A stretch of 64,000 nt of DNA from assembly GCF_006345805.1 (NCBI RefSeq), contig NW_021833032.1, forward strand, positions 62,001 through 126,000. Direction: 5' to 3'. This DNA is from Octopus sinensis. Its lineage: Eukaryota. Each line of letters opens with the position of its first letter. Position 1 is the first letter of the stretch. Below the pieces are notes generated by a model. That model did not search any database. It worked only from the letters and a program-made list of their open reading frames with translations, and had not been told where the DNA came from. Both the position numbers and the translations under genes were made by a program. Shown piece after piece: positions 43,123 through 58,331 of the stretch.

Positions 43123-46100
43123 TAAACTAGAGATAAAACCACTATTAGGCAAATAAAACAATGAAAAATATAAACCAAAACATAAAAATAATTAATATAA
43201 TATACAAAATATGTAAAATATAAAATTTAAAAATTTAAATTATTTAAATTTAAAATTAAGATTATTAATTTATTTATTTATCTTTTTATTTATTTAATTT
43301 TTTTATATTAAATATATATAACTATCAAAAAGTATATATATATGTATGTATGTATATAATACGTACGTACATACATACACACAATAAAAATACACCAAAC
43401 GGAAAATTGCAGCTAATTCCTCATCAGTGATCATCTAAGACATCATAAAAACTTTGTGCCTTTAACTACTATATTGTACACTTTTGGTGGAGCCGACAGC
43501 GAGGGGGAAAAGGAAATGGATGAGAGAGATGCGACGGATCACCGGTTATGTAGTAGTGGGAGGAGAGAAAAAGAATGGTGGAATGTAGAAGGACAAGAGG
43601 CAAACAGAGGAAAATGTTAGTAGTGGAAGGAGAAAACGACAGAGGTAAGGCGAGAAAAGAGAGACAAATAAAACAGAAGAAACAGAAAGAGATGCCAGAA
43701 TTAAAAAGTTATATATAACGTTAGATAGTGAAACTAAGTAAAACGTTTCATATAACGTTAGAGTGTTCAACCTGTCCATCACAAACGTAATTTTGCTTAC
43801 GTATAACCAACGTCCTCACAGTCGTATTCTGATGGGAAGTTTTCTGTGTATACACATTTAACTGGCTTCACATTTTTTTAATTTTCAAAAGTGTAATTTA
43901 TGAGAAACGTGGAGCTGTGTCGCGAAATATTCCTAGAAATCGTTTACGTTTATAGAAAGAATGCGTCTCAAATCACAATCAGTCAAGTACAGATTGATTG
44001 GTTGAATCTGGTCAAGTTGTATGGTAAGGGGATCTTTGAGCTGTTATATGTTGCGGCCGTCTATTACAATCTTGTGATAGTCACGCGTAAAAGTTACGTG
44101 AAAGATTTAGTCCTGTAGATTTGTCATGTGACAGAACAATAAGTGAATGGGTTGTTTTAGTCTGCTGTTTGTGTCAAGCAGCTCTGTGTGAGTAGGCAGC
44201 TATAATCTTATTTATCTGGTGACGGCTTGGTGCAACTCTAATGAAGGATTCATTCCATCGTACCATATTCCAAGTGCCGAAAAATATAAATTACTCTTAA
44301 ACTGTATGGAGTTTATAACAAATTTGAATCGTTTGTAAAAATCACTGTAAAACATGAATTATTTACGCGCGTGAAAGTCAGATCAAATGTTTAATTAGAA
44401 GATATGTGATATGGCAGTTAATAGCTTTGAAAGATAAAAGCCACTTCTGAATCTAGGTCTGTTTATCCTTTTGGTTGTGTCCAGTAGCTGTGTGAGCAGC
44501 TGTTATCTTATTTCACTAATGCATGTTGATATTTTTTGTGTTACACATAGAGTTTTAGTGAATGATTTAGTGTCTCTCACCAAATGCGATGAAACGGGTG
44601 AGAAAGTAAAGTTACTTTTAAACTAGGTTAAAAATTTGCCAAAAAATATCAGGGGAATAGTATATAATTACACCCCGTCCTCGACTTACGATTGACGGTA
44701 AGTCAATCTGGTCGTATGTCGGATTTATTTGTCAACACGATTTTCCTTGCAACGGATTATAAAGCTATAAAACACAAATATCTCAACCATAATTATTGTG
44801 CATAAAGTGAAAAAGGCATTTGTACTCTATTGTACTTTCAAGAAAAATACAATCTAAAATTAATCTAAAAATTAATACAAAGGAAATTCCGCATACATAC
44901 AATGGCAATGAATTGTTTCTGTGAAAAAAGTTTAACTGACAAGAAATGTTCATTCTTCACAGTGTTGTTCTTGGATTGAGGTCGACGGTGTTTCGAGGAA
45001 CATGTTGAGCTTTGAATAGTTCTTTTCTTTTTTCGTCATATATCTTACGATAACAGTAAACAACATCTTGAATGATGCATTTACTTTTTGTGGTCGTAAG
45101 TGCGGATCGTCGTACGTCGAGGTGAGGGTGTACTTAGTTCTTAAAGTTTTACGATATCTATCAAACATTCTAGTATTTATAGATTACATAAAAATATAGT
45201 ATGCCATCAACATTTTGTATATTACCTATAGTAAATATATATTCAAGCATGTCTTCTACGTCTGTATATCGTCTGTCATCTGCAACTCGTATATTTCCCA
45301 TATCTAGTATATCACTTATATCCACATGTCATCTATACTATGTATGTCATCTATATACAGAGATGTACTTGCACAGCAAGTGATTTGATCTGAGATCGTA
45401 TGCTGAAACGGAAACAATTGCAGCGTGGAAGGTGTTTGTAAGCCATTTAAGAAACACACAAAAGCCTTTCGATTCACTTTACATTTAAGTTTAATTTGTC
45501 AAAATATTTTCGTCGCTTTAAGACCGCGACCTGTTCACTGACAAAAATCCGTGCTGCATCTATATACAGTATGCCATTTATAACCAGTATGTCGTCAATA
45601 TCCAACATGCCATCTATATCATCTATATCAGCTATATACAGTATGGTATCTATATCGCATGCCATCTATATTTTGTATATCCTCTATATTCTCTACATCT
45701 CAAAACTTTCGAATATGTCCGCTGTCTACTGATTATGTTTTATTATATTACGCATGTCTTAAAAGTTTCAATTGTCTATCATCTAAAGAAGATACCCTAT
45801 CTGCATTCTACGTAGATTTAATTAATTCCCTGATAACTGAGAAATTGATATTCCTTCAAAATAATAACATGAATTCTTATTTTTGAGCAAGTTTTAATAT
45901 TTTCTATCAAAGTAACATTTGTATATTTATCGCCGTATTTAAATAAGAAGAAAAACTAAAACCAAAAAGTAAGATATATGATTACCTTATGTTTCACTCC
46001 TGGTGAAATACATTTTCTTAGTGTCAACGATTTAAAAAAAAATTGTGATTTACTCAGTTCTTCTCTCTATTACACAGGATGGTGAGTTAAGTTTACTTTA

Positions 46101-47462
46101 ATGCCTTCCTGTTATAGGTTCAGAGCTCCCTTGAATCATCTTCACTCAAGGCTTTAGGGACAGAAAATTGCGTGTAAAATGTTTTACTCAATACCTGAGG
46201 CACCAAATTGCCTCCATATAATTTCTGGCACCAAACCGCCCCTAATCCATCATTTAAAGGGATCGGTTTACGTGGTTCTAAATATGCTCCTTGTTTAAAT
46301 TAACTTTTATTATTTAAGACATAAGCTATAAGAGAGTAGGAACTTAATATATTTTCGGTTTCCACCAGAAACCATATCGATTTATTGCTGTTATCAACAC
46401 CTGGCACGAAATATGAATGTCGTTAATTATATTCTTGCTGGAATTATATTATCCTTCTTTCTTGTCAAATACAACAGCAGTTTCTCTTTACCTCTCAAGT
46501 ACATTCACTTAGGGTTTTGTTTATAATTTCAGTGATCTAAGAAACAATAAAGATATGATGTGTGGATGTCACCTGCCAGCCTTGGTAAATTATACTAAAT
46601 CAAAATTCAGCAGAACTGTGTGGGTCGACGGCGAGTGTCAGACAGATCCAGGCAATAACCAAAGCAAAATTATACCTATAATGAAATACTCGCAATGTCA
46701 AAGTTAGTAAAATCTTCCTTGTTTTTGTTATTTAATTATTAGCACTAACAACGTCGGCGAGTTAACACAATCGTTGGCCCGCCGGACAAAACGCCCAGCA
46801 ACATTTCGTGCAACGTTACAGTCATAGTTCAAACTCCGTCCAGAACGATTTTGCTTTTAACCCACTCGGGATCGATAACATAAGAATCACTTGAACGCTG
46901 TGGTCGATGTAATCAACTAAATCTCTCCACACAATATTTCAGGCCATGTGCCTAATTGCCATAAAGAGAACTCGGGATATTCTCTCCTGCTCATAATATG
47001 TATGTAAATATATATATGTACACATACATACCCACACATACACACACATATACAGAGTGGCTCTGTGGTAAGAAGCTTGCTTCCCAACCAAATGGTTCCG
47101 GCTTTAGTACCACTGCATGACACCGTCCGACTAAGGCCTTGTGAGTAGATTTGGTAGAGGGAAACTGAAAGAATCCCATCGTGTATATACATATATATGA
47201 GTGTGTGTGTGTTTGTCTATCTGGGCTTGTCCCACTCACCATCGCTTGATAGCCGATGCTGGTGTGTTTACATCCCCGTAACGTGGCTGTTCGTCAAAGT
47301 AAACCGACAGAATAAGTACTAGGCTTACAAAGAATAAGATATGGGATCGATTTGTTCGACTAAAGGCGGTACTTTAGCATGGTCGCAGTCAAATAACTGA
47401 AACAAGTAAAAGAATAAAGAATAAGAGAGTATAAAACACACAGGCACACGCACAGACACATG

Positions 47463-47512
<50 letters not shown>

Positions 47513-47534
47513 CATACATATATTAAATATATAT

Positions 47535-47583
<49 letters not shown>

Positions 47584-48127
47584 TATATATTATATATATA
47601 TATGAATAAAAAATGGAGTTAACGCAGGTTTAAACAAGTATTTTTACTTTCTACATATGTTTCAAAAATTCCACTGATACTTATTCAAAAGAATAAAAGG
47701 TATAAACATTGCAATCTTCTCTTCGGGAAAGTGAAAAAACGAAACTTGTCAATACGACATTTTAGCAAAAAATGATGGATTCGTATAGCGATAGACAGAA
47801 CGCTATTAATATCGTTTAAAAAAACGTTATATGATATAACGTCATAAGTAGCTAACAGAAAGAGTAGGGATATTAATAGTGAATGTTAAATATAAAGGAA
47901 ATTAAAGTCTAAACTATATATAATGATAGAGACTACTTATATGCACTAAAAGTATGTTTCTGCCAATGCTTACATCTGTATGCTCGTTCTATAACCGTGT
48001 TTACTAGAGTATTTTTAGAAAAAATAATGAAAAATAGCTCAGAATTGCAGGGAAGACAGAATTTCTTGCCTTTGTAACTATTCATTCATTTATCCGTGTT
48101 AATTGTTAACAAGGTAAAATAAACTCA

Positions 48128-48212
<85 letters not shown>

Positions 48213-48629
48213 AATATTAGGGAATAAATCCAAATTTACAGGGAAAAAATCAGATTTAGGATTAAATCCAATTTTATAGTAAAATATTATATAATATTAA
48301 TTCGAGACAAAACCACTATTTTGCAAATCAAACAAGGAAAGACTTAATCAATACATAAAAAAATTTAATATAAAGTAAATAAACCGCCATTACAATTGTT
48401 TCATGTCTTCAAATGACATTCGTCAGGTGGATTTCCGATCTTCTAATCAGTTTTAATTTATGAAGTCCATAAATTAAAACTGATTAGAAGATCGGAAATC
48501 CACCTGACGAATGTCATTTGAAGACATGAAACAATTGTAGTGGCGGTTTATTTACTTTATATTAAATTTTTTTATGTATTGATTAAGTCTTTTCTTGTTT
48601 GATTTGCAAAATAGTGGTTTTGTCTCGAA

Positions 48630-48670
<41 letters not shown>

Positions 48671-51091
48671 TGGTCTCGCCCCACACAACGGTCCTCCACA
48701 ATCCAGGCTTCACTTGGAGCAACGATTCATTTTCACTCTACAGACCCCACACGGACCCAACACAGCCCCTCCTCTTAGTTACTGCGCTCCACCTCTCCCC
48801 ACTAGCAATTTTTTATATTTTTTTACTTTATTATTATTATTTTTTTATATATATTTTTTGATATTTTGTCCTTATACAGAAACATATACACACACATACT
48901 CACGTATCCACGAACACATACTTCCAACACACCACACAAATACAACATACATGCACATGTACACACACATACTTCCACACCTATACATACACCCACACAA
49001 CCATACGCGCACACACACATGCCCGTGCACACACACCAACAGACAATACTCATACAGATACGCAAACACTTATAAACACCTAGCAGAGACACACACACAC
49101 ACATACACGCAAGTAAGCGCACACACGCACACAAGCACACGCATGTACATTACGCCCACACAACTCCAAGAAACCCCCCACACACGCATAAATTAACACA
49201 CACACATACACATACATACATACATACACACACATACATACATACATACATTCATACATACATACACACACATACACACATACACACATACACACACATA
49301 CACACATACATACATACATACATACATACATACATACACACATACATACGCACATACATGCATACACACATACACACACACATACACACATAAACTCATA
49401 CATACATACACACACATACACACATACACACATACACACATACATACATACATACATACACACATACATACATACATACATGCATACACACACATACACA
49501 CATACATACATACACACACATACATACACATATACATACATACACACATACATAGATACACATACATACACACACACACATACACACATACACACATACA
49601 CGCATACACACATACATACATACACACACATACATACATACATGCACACACACAAACACACATACACACATACATACATACACACATACACAGACACACA
49701 CATACATACATACATACACACATACATACATACATACATACACACACACATACACACAAACATACATACATACATACATACACACATACATACATACATA
49801 CATACATACACACATACATACACACATACATGCATACACACATACACACACACATACACACATACATTCATACATACATACACACACACATACACACATA
49901 CACATATACACACACATACACACATACATACATACATACATACACACATACATACATACATACATGCATACACACACACATATACACACATACATACATA
50001 CACACATACATACACATATACATACATACATAGATACACATACATACACACACACACATACACACATACACACATACACGCATACACACATACATACACA
50101 CACATACATACATACACACACATACACACATACACACATACATACATACATACACACATACACAGACACACACATACATACATACATATACACATACATA
50201 CATACATACACACACACATACACACACATACATACATACATACATACACACATACATACATACACACATACATACACACATACATGCATACACACATACA
50301 CACACATACACACATACTTTCATACATACACACACACACATACACACATACACACATACACACACACATACACACATACATACATACATACATACACACA
50401 TACATACATACATATATGCATACAGACACACACATACATACATACACACACACATACACACATACATGCATACATACAACACACATACATACATACATAC
50501 ATGCATACACACACACACATACACACATACATACATACACACACATACATACACATATACATACATACATACATAGATACACATACATACACACACACAT
50601 ACACACATACACACATACACGCATACACACATACATACACACACATACATACGTACATACACACACATACACACATACACACATACATACATACAAACAC
50701 ACATACACATACACACATACATACATACATACACACATACATACATACATACATACACACACATACACACACACATACATACATACATACATACATACAC
50801 ACATACATACATACACACATACATACACACATACATGCATACACACATACACACACATACACACATACTTTCATACATACATACACACACATACACACAT
50901 ACACACATACACACACACATACACACATACATACATACATACATACACACATACATACATACATACATACATACATGCATACACACACACACATACACAC
51001 ATACATACACACATACATACACACACATACACACATACACACATACATACACACATACACACATACACAGACACACACATACATACATACA

Positions 51092-51122
<31 letters not shown>

Positions 51123-52230
51123 GGGGTTGGCTGTATTGCAGGCGTGTGTCAGTGTGTGTATGTGCCTGTGGATTCACATACACCCACACCAATTTTTTCC
51201 ATCAATCTTTCAATTATAAAGTGTGTGCCTGCATACATATATATACACACATATAAACATATAAACACACACATAAACCTCTACATTTGTACACACACGC
51301 ACATGTATACATACATTCACTCGCACGCACGTACACATACACGCACACACACACATTTACATATATATACAATACACGCACACACACATACACACGTACA
51401 AACACACACAAATTAACATACACACCGATACATATACATACACACAATATATACCTACTCGCGCACGCACACATACACATACGTACACACATATAGGCAC
51501 AGACACACACACATACATACACACACAAAAACATGCGCACACATAGGCACGCACACACGCACACCAATGCACACACTCAAAATTCACAACCCCACAGATA
51601 CACCCATCTACATCCATATACACTTACACACACACACACACATACAAACGCACACATACACGAACACACAACTACACGCACATACATACACACACAAATG
51701 AACCCACACATACATCTCATACACACTGCACGCAATTATACATACACGCACACAATTCTGCATACATATATATACACACACACGCACGTACAAGCACACA
51801 CGCACACATACTTCTTTGACCCGTGGCTGGGACACAAAAAACACCACTCCTTATTCTTACAAACTGGCCAGCTACTAGCCTGTTGTTTGCAGCCAGAACC
51901 ATACACACATACACACACACGCACATACACACACACACGTGTCTTCATTGCACACATACACACACACGCGCACACGCAGACCTCCGCGCACGCACACATC
52001 CACACACATCCCCCTCCTACATTCCTTGTCTTTGACATACTACCATACTGTCTTTGAAAGCTCTTCTGTATTTGAAAACAACCTTCTTCACCCTTTCGAC
52101 TTCCGGCCTTTCAAAATGTGACCTCGTGTGTACCGTTGGCGATTTTTTTCCCCCTGTCTCTCCTTCTCGGGATCTTTCCTTCTCCTGTTTCCGACGAAGA
52201 GCTCCGCTCGAAACATTAAACCCTCCTTCT

Positions 52231-52269
<39 letters not shown>

Positions 52270-55200
52270 TATTAGAGACAAAACCACTATTTTGCAAAAC
52301 AAACAAGGAAAGACTTAATCAATACATACAATTTTAATAAATAGTCAAAAAAACCGCCACTACAATTGTTTCTTGTCTTGATCGACAATCTTCAGGTGGA
52401 CTTCCAATCTAAAATATCAATATTTTAAAATATAAAAATAATAATTTTAAAATAATTAAAGTATGAATGAAGAAATATAAATATATAATCCATATATAAC
52501 CTATATATAATCCATATATAATCAATATATAAACAATATATAAACTAAAATAAACCTATCAACAATTAAATATAAAATATAAAATATAAAATATAAAACA
52601 AAACAAAAAAATTATAATAATATAATAATAAACTATATATACACCCATACACATATACCTAATTATATATAACCATATCTAACTACATACACTAAATCAC
52701 ACCCCTATATATATATCCCTATACATACACATAAAAACGTCTAGGCAACTATAAATTAATAAAATAGCTAAATACTTCAACACAATACTTATTCATACTC
52801 CCACACACACACACATACAACCCACATTCACGCTCTAGAAAACGGACATCACTTAAAATTATGAACGGAGAAATGGAATAAATGGAATTAAAAATTATAT
52901 TCACTTGGTAAAACGAACACTACTTAAAAATTATGAATGAAACAATGCAATAAAACAACAGACATCGCAAATAGACACAAATTACTACGAATTCCTTAAC
53001 AAACCTACCATGATAAACCAAAACTCATAAAAACATATAATGATAAAATCTCCCTTTACTAAACTCTATAACATACCTATATAGCAATCCCCCTAACCTA
53101 AACATTCACACACAAATACACACACGTAAACCACACACCCACGACATATACAAATACCCACACCACTTACACAAACCTATACATACATATAAACCTCAAC
53201 ATATACTCCAAAAACCCATTCAACCCCACACAGACAAATAAACACAAAAATTATGAATGGATTCTTTTATAAAACTACCATGATAAGCTAAAACTCACCG
53301 CGTACCTGGAATTGCATGTGAGCCTCAACATATACACCAAACGGCCACTCCCGCCCTATACGGACAAATAAACACATACATCCCCAAAAATGGGCGTAAT
53401 CCCACTCACACCAATCATATGTATACAATTATACACACTAGAATAATACATAACTAACCCAAATATACAGAACATATTAAAAATCACCAACAAACCACCA
53501 TCACAAATGAAACCTACACCCATACAATGACAAAACTCCCCCCTCTATACCCAATTTACACCCACATAGCAATTCCAATATATTCATCCATACATGGACG
53601 CACGTGCGTGAAGCACATGCACACAATAAATACGTACAACCCCCCAATACACACTCATATACATACGTATCAAGCTCGACATCCACAGCAATACGCTTAC
53701 ACCCACTCACACCCAGATGGGTGAATTGCACAACCAGTGAACGCACACACACACGTGTGCGTATTTTGATTGTGCAACTCGCCCATATGCATGTATGCGG
53801 GCGCGATTACATTGTTGCACATATCGAGCCCAACTAGCATGCATATGTACATGTGAGGGGGTACACGTACATGCCGTGCGCGTGTACCCCCTGCATTTAT
53901 ACCGTGCGTGTATATACACATGGAGACTACCACACAGGTACAAATGTGTATAGTAATGGGAGCCCCATCACTACACTCAATGTATACTCTCACCCATCCG
54001 CACGGATTGAAAGCGAATATCCGGTGTATATGTTGAGGCTTATATGTAGCGCTGTGGAGTTGAACGTCGTTGAAATTGTGAATGAATGGGTGGAGTTGGG
54101 AATTGTAACCGGGTGGTGGGCTAGCGTTGCTTGGAATTGGGAATGGAATAGTGTAGTAGTAAGGCAGGCATCGAGAATAGATTTGGGTTACTGCAAGTTG
54201 TTTGTTAGAGCTGCTAAGATGAGCTAAAGCTCATAATTGTATATAATAATTTATTATGGCAGTTTTATTAAAGAAACCATTCATAATAAATTTTTTTAAG
54301 TAGTGTTGGTTTGCCACGTGGATATAGTTTTTAGTTCCATTTATTCTATTTCTCCATTCATAATTTTAAATGACGTTTACTTTCCATGGCGCGTATTCTT
54401 TTTTTACATAAGTTATATTTCTATGGTAACGTAATTTTGGTTTGGTTTTTTTAACGGCTAAGAATTTAATTTCACTTCATAATTTGAAACTGACTTGTAA
54501 GTATGTATTTTATTTCTCCTTATGTCATATTGTTATTTTTGATATTCTGGTTAATTACGATGTATTTAATGTTGTTTTTTATTGGAGTGTTTATGTATAT
54601 GAGATTGTGTGTGAGTTTTCAGTTGTATAATTTATTTATCTGTATGAGTGTGGGTGTGTAAATATTGTTGTATATATCGATTTAGTGAGTATGTATATGC
54701 GTATATGTGAGGGAGTATATGTATCTGTTGTGTGTGTGTGTTTTTCGTGTGTGTGTGTTTGTGTGTGAATGTGTATATGGGTTTGTTATTAGGTTTTGGG
54801 ATGTATGTATTAATTTGTCTGTGTGGGGAGGGAGTGGGTTTTTGTGTATATTGAGGTTTATAAGTTAGTATAGGTATGTGTATAAGTCGTGGGTCTGTGG
54901 TTTACGTGTGTGTTTTTTTGTGTGTGAATGTTTAGGTTAGGGGGATTGCTATATAGGTTTGTTATAGAGTTCAAAGGGAGATTTTATCGTTATATGTTTT
55001 TAAGAGTTTTGGTTTATCATGGTTTTTTTAGGGAATTCGTGGTAATTTGTCTATTTTCGATGTTGGTTGTTTTATTACATTGTTTCATTCATAATTTTTG
55101 AGTGGTGTTCGTTTTGCCACGTGAATATTATTTTTAATTCCATTTATTCCATTTCTCCATTCATTATTTTAAAAGATGTTCGTTTCCAGAGCGGTTATAC

Positions 55201-56529
55201 TTTATACATATGTTAAGTTCCTTGGTAAAGTAATTTTGTTTGGTGTATATGTTGAGGCTTATATATACTTGTGGGTGTGTGTGAGTGGGGTGGGTGTTTG
55301 TATTTGTTATGGTGTGTGGTTTACGTCTGTGTATTTGTGTGTGAATGTATAGGTTAAAGGATTGCTATATAAGTATGTTATAGTGTTTAGTAAAGGGAGG
55401 TTTTATCATTTATGTTTTGTGAGTTTTAGCTTATCATGGTAGTTTTATAAAAGAATCCATTCATAATTTTTGTGTTTATTTGTCTGTGTGGGGTTGAGTG
55501 GGTTTTGGAGTATATGTTGAGGTTTATATGTATGCATAGGTATGTGTAAGTGGTGTGGGTATTTGTATATGTCGTGGGTGTGTGTTTACGTGTGTGTATT
55601 TGTGTGTGAATGTTTAGTTAGGGGGATTGCTATATAGGTATGTTATAGAGTTTAGTAAAGGAGATTTTATCATTATATGTTTTTATGAGTTTTGGTTATC
55701 ATGGTAGGTTTGTTAAGGAATTCGTAGTAATTTGTGTCTATTTGCGATGTCTATTGTTTTATTTTGCATTGTTTCATTCATAATTTTTAAGTAGTGTTCG
55801 TTTTACCAAGTGAATATAATTTTTAATTCCATTTATTCCATTTCTCTCCGTTCATAATTTTAAGTGATGTCCGTTTCTAGAGCGTGAATGTGGGTTGTAT
55901 GTGTGTGTGTGTGGGAGTATGAATAAGTATTGTGTTGAAGTATTTAGCTATTTTATTTATTTATAGTTGCCTAGACGTTTTTATGTGTATGTATAGGGAT
56001 AATATATATAGGGTGTGATTTAGTGTATGTAGTTAGATATGGTTATATATAATTAGGTATATGTGTATGGGTGTATATATAGTTTATTATTATATTATTA
56101 TTATTTTTTGTTTTTTTTTATATTTTTATTTTATATTTTATATTTTATATTTAATTGTTGATAGGTTTATTTTAGTTTATATATTGTTTATATATTGATT
56201 ATATATGGATTATATATAGGTTATATTGGATTATATATTTTATTTCTTCATTCATACTTTAATTATTTTAAAATTATTATTTTTATATTTTAAAATATTG
56301 ATATTTTAGATTGGAAGTCCACCTGAAGATTGTCGATCAAGACAAGAAACAATTGTAGTGGCGGTTTTTTTGACTATTTATTAAAATTTTATGTATTGAT
56401 TAAGTCTTTCCTAGTTTGTTTTGCAAAATAGTGTTTTGTCTCTAATAATATTTTATAATATTTTACTATAAAATTGGATTTAATCCTAAATCTGATTTTT
56501 CCCTGTAAATTGGATTTATTCCCTAATAT

Positions 56530-56573
<44 letters not shown>

Positions 56574-57873
56574 TGCAAATAAGAAAATGAAGAAGCACAT
56601 TAGTTGGTTCATCAACTTTAGGACATTAAAATGTTGACTATTTATCAAAAACGACACCAAAGTAACATACATACATATAGTATATTATTCAATGCATATA
56701 ATACGAGCAGTTATTAAAAAACCTGAATATAAATTATCAATTATATATATATATATATATATATAATATGTGTGTGTGTGTTGTATATATATATATATAT
56801 TATATATATATATATATATAATATATATATATATATATACATACATATATACATACATAATATATATGTATGTATATATAAATACAAACATACATACACA
56901 CACATATATATATATATATATACATCATTTTGTGAGGAGGGAATTAGTTGATTACATCGACGGCAGCGTTCAACTGATACTACTTATTGCCAAACTAATG
57001 AGGTAGTCCATAGATATAGGAGGAATTCTGCTGTTGATTAGCTCAGATCGCCTCTAGCTAGCTATATAACGCACAAATCTGTGTCCATAAACCTTCGAAC
57101 GGGATAGGTCATCAACTTCCCCTTGCTTGCTTGGCATCAACAGACCGGTTTCGGGGTAGTTGCTCCTTATCAAAGTGGAGCAGCCGAGGCCAGCAGGGGT
57201 CACTGTTGACCTCTGTTCAGCATTCGTTCTATTTCTCTGGACTGCCAAGTTAGTTTGGCAATACGTATTAATACCTCTTACTGCTGAGATTTTGAAATTA
57301 TAACATTTCTATTTCTGAAAATCAGGGAATGTGTTTCACTGAATAGAATCTTCAAACAGAGGTCGACCCCTACTGAACTCGGCTGCTCCACATTGATAAA
57401 GAGCAATTACTCCGAAACCGGTCAGTGAGTGTGAAACCAGCAGAGGGAAATCGATGACTTCCCCTCTTCGAAGGTTTTTGCACGCAGATTTGTGCGTCAT
57501 GTAGCTAGTAAGATGCGATCCCTTCTCGGAGCTCATCAACAGCAGCATTCGTCCTACTTCTCTAGACTACTACGTTTGTTTGTCAATAAATATTAATACC
57601 CAGTACTGGTGCTGTATCTCTACTTAAGAGAGACTTAGAAATTATAACATTTCTACTTTTGAATATCAATGACAGTTTCATTGAATATACACACGCACAC
57701 ACATATATATATTAGGAGAGATATCAGAAGAGATAACTGGGATTAACATGGATTTCAGTCATGGATTTCAGTCATGCGAAGGTGGAACATCACCTTTAGT
57801 CGAACAAATCAACTCTTTGTACTTATTCTGTCGGTATTTCGCCAACCGCAAGTATATATATATATAATATATA

Positions 57874-57920
<47 letters not shown>

Positions 57921-58331
57921 TTAGGGAATAAATCCAAATTTACAGGGAAAAAATCAGATTTAGGATTAAATCCAATTTTATAGTAAAATATTATATAATA
58001 TTAATTCGAGACAAAACCACTATTTTGCAAAACAAACAAGGAAAGACTTAATCAATACATAAAAAATTTTAATATAAAGAAATAAACCGCCACTACAATC
58101 GTTTCATGTCTTCAATGACATTCGTCAGGTGGATTTTCGATCTCCTAATCTGTTTTAATTTATGAACTAAATTAAAACAGATTAGGAGATCGAAAATCCA
58201 CCTGACGAATGTCATTGAAGACATGAAACGATTGTAGTGGCGGTTTATTTCTTTATATTAAAATTTTTATGTATTGATTAAGTCTTTCCTTGTTTGTTTT
58301 GCAAAATAGTGGTTTTGTCTCGAATTAATAT

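Noticed and set aside
10367-46702. Naming the gene VLR, Toll, slit or LGR/GRL101
   Set aside because: No TIR, EGF, LDLa, transmembrane or stalk region in the window, and the LRR modules are intron-bounded exons rather than recombination cassettes. The similarity is architectural only.
49080-51576. Long ORFs of up to 594 aa (HTYI/VCMY repeats)
   Set aside because: Translations of stop-free TACA/CA microsatellite. The same applies to the poly-IY, poly-I and poly-L ORFs at 6602-7112, 33981-34437 and 41959-42394.
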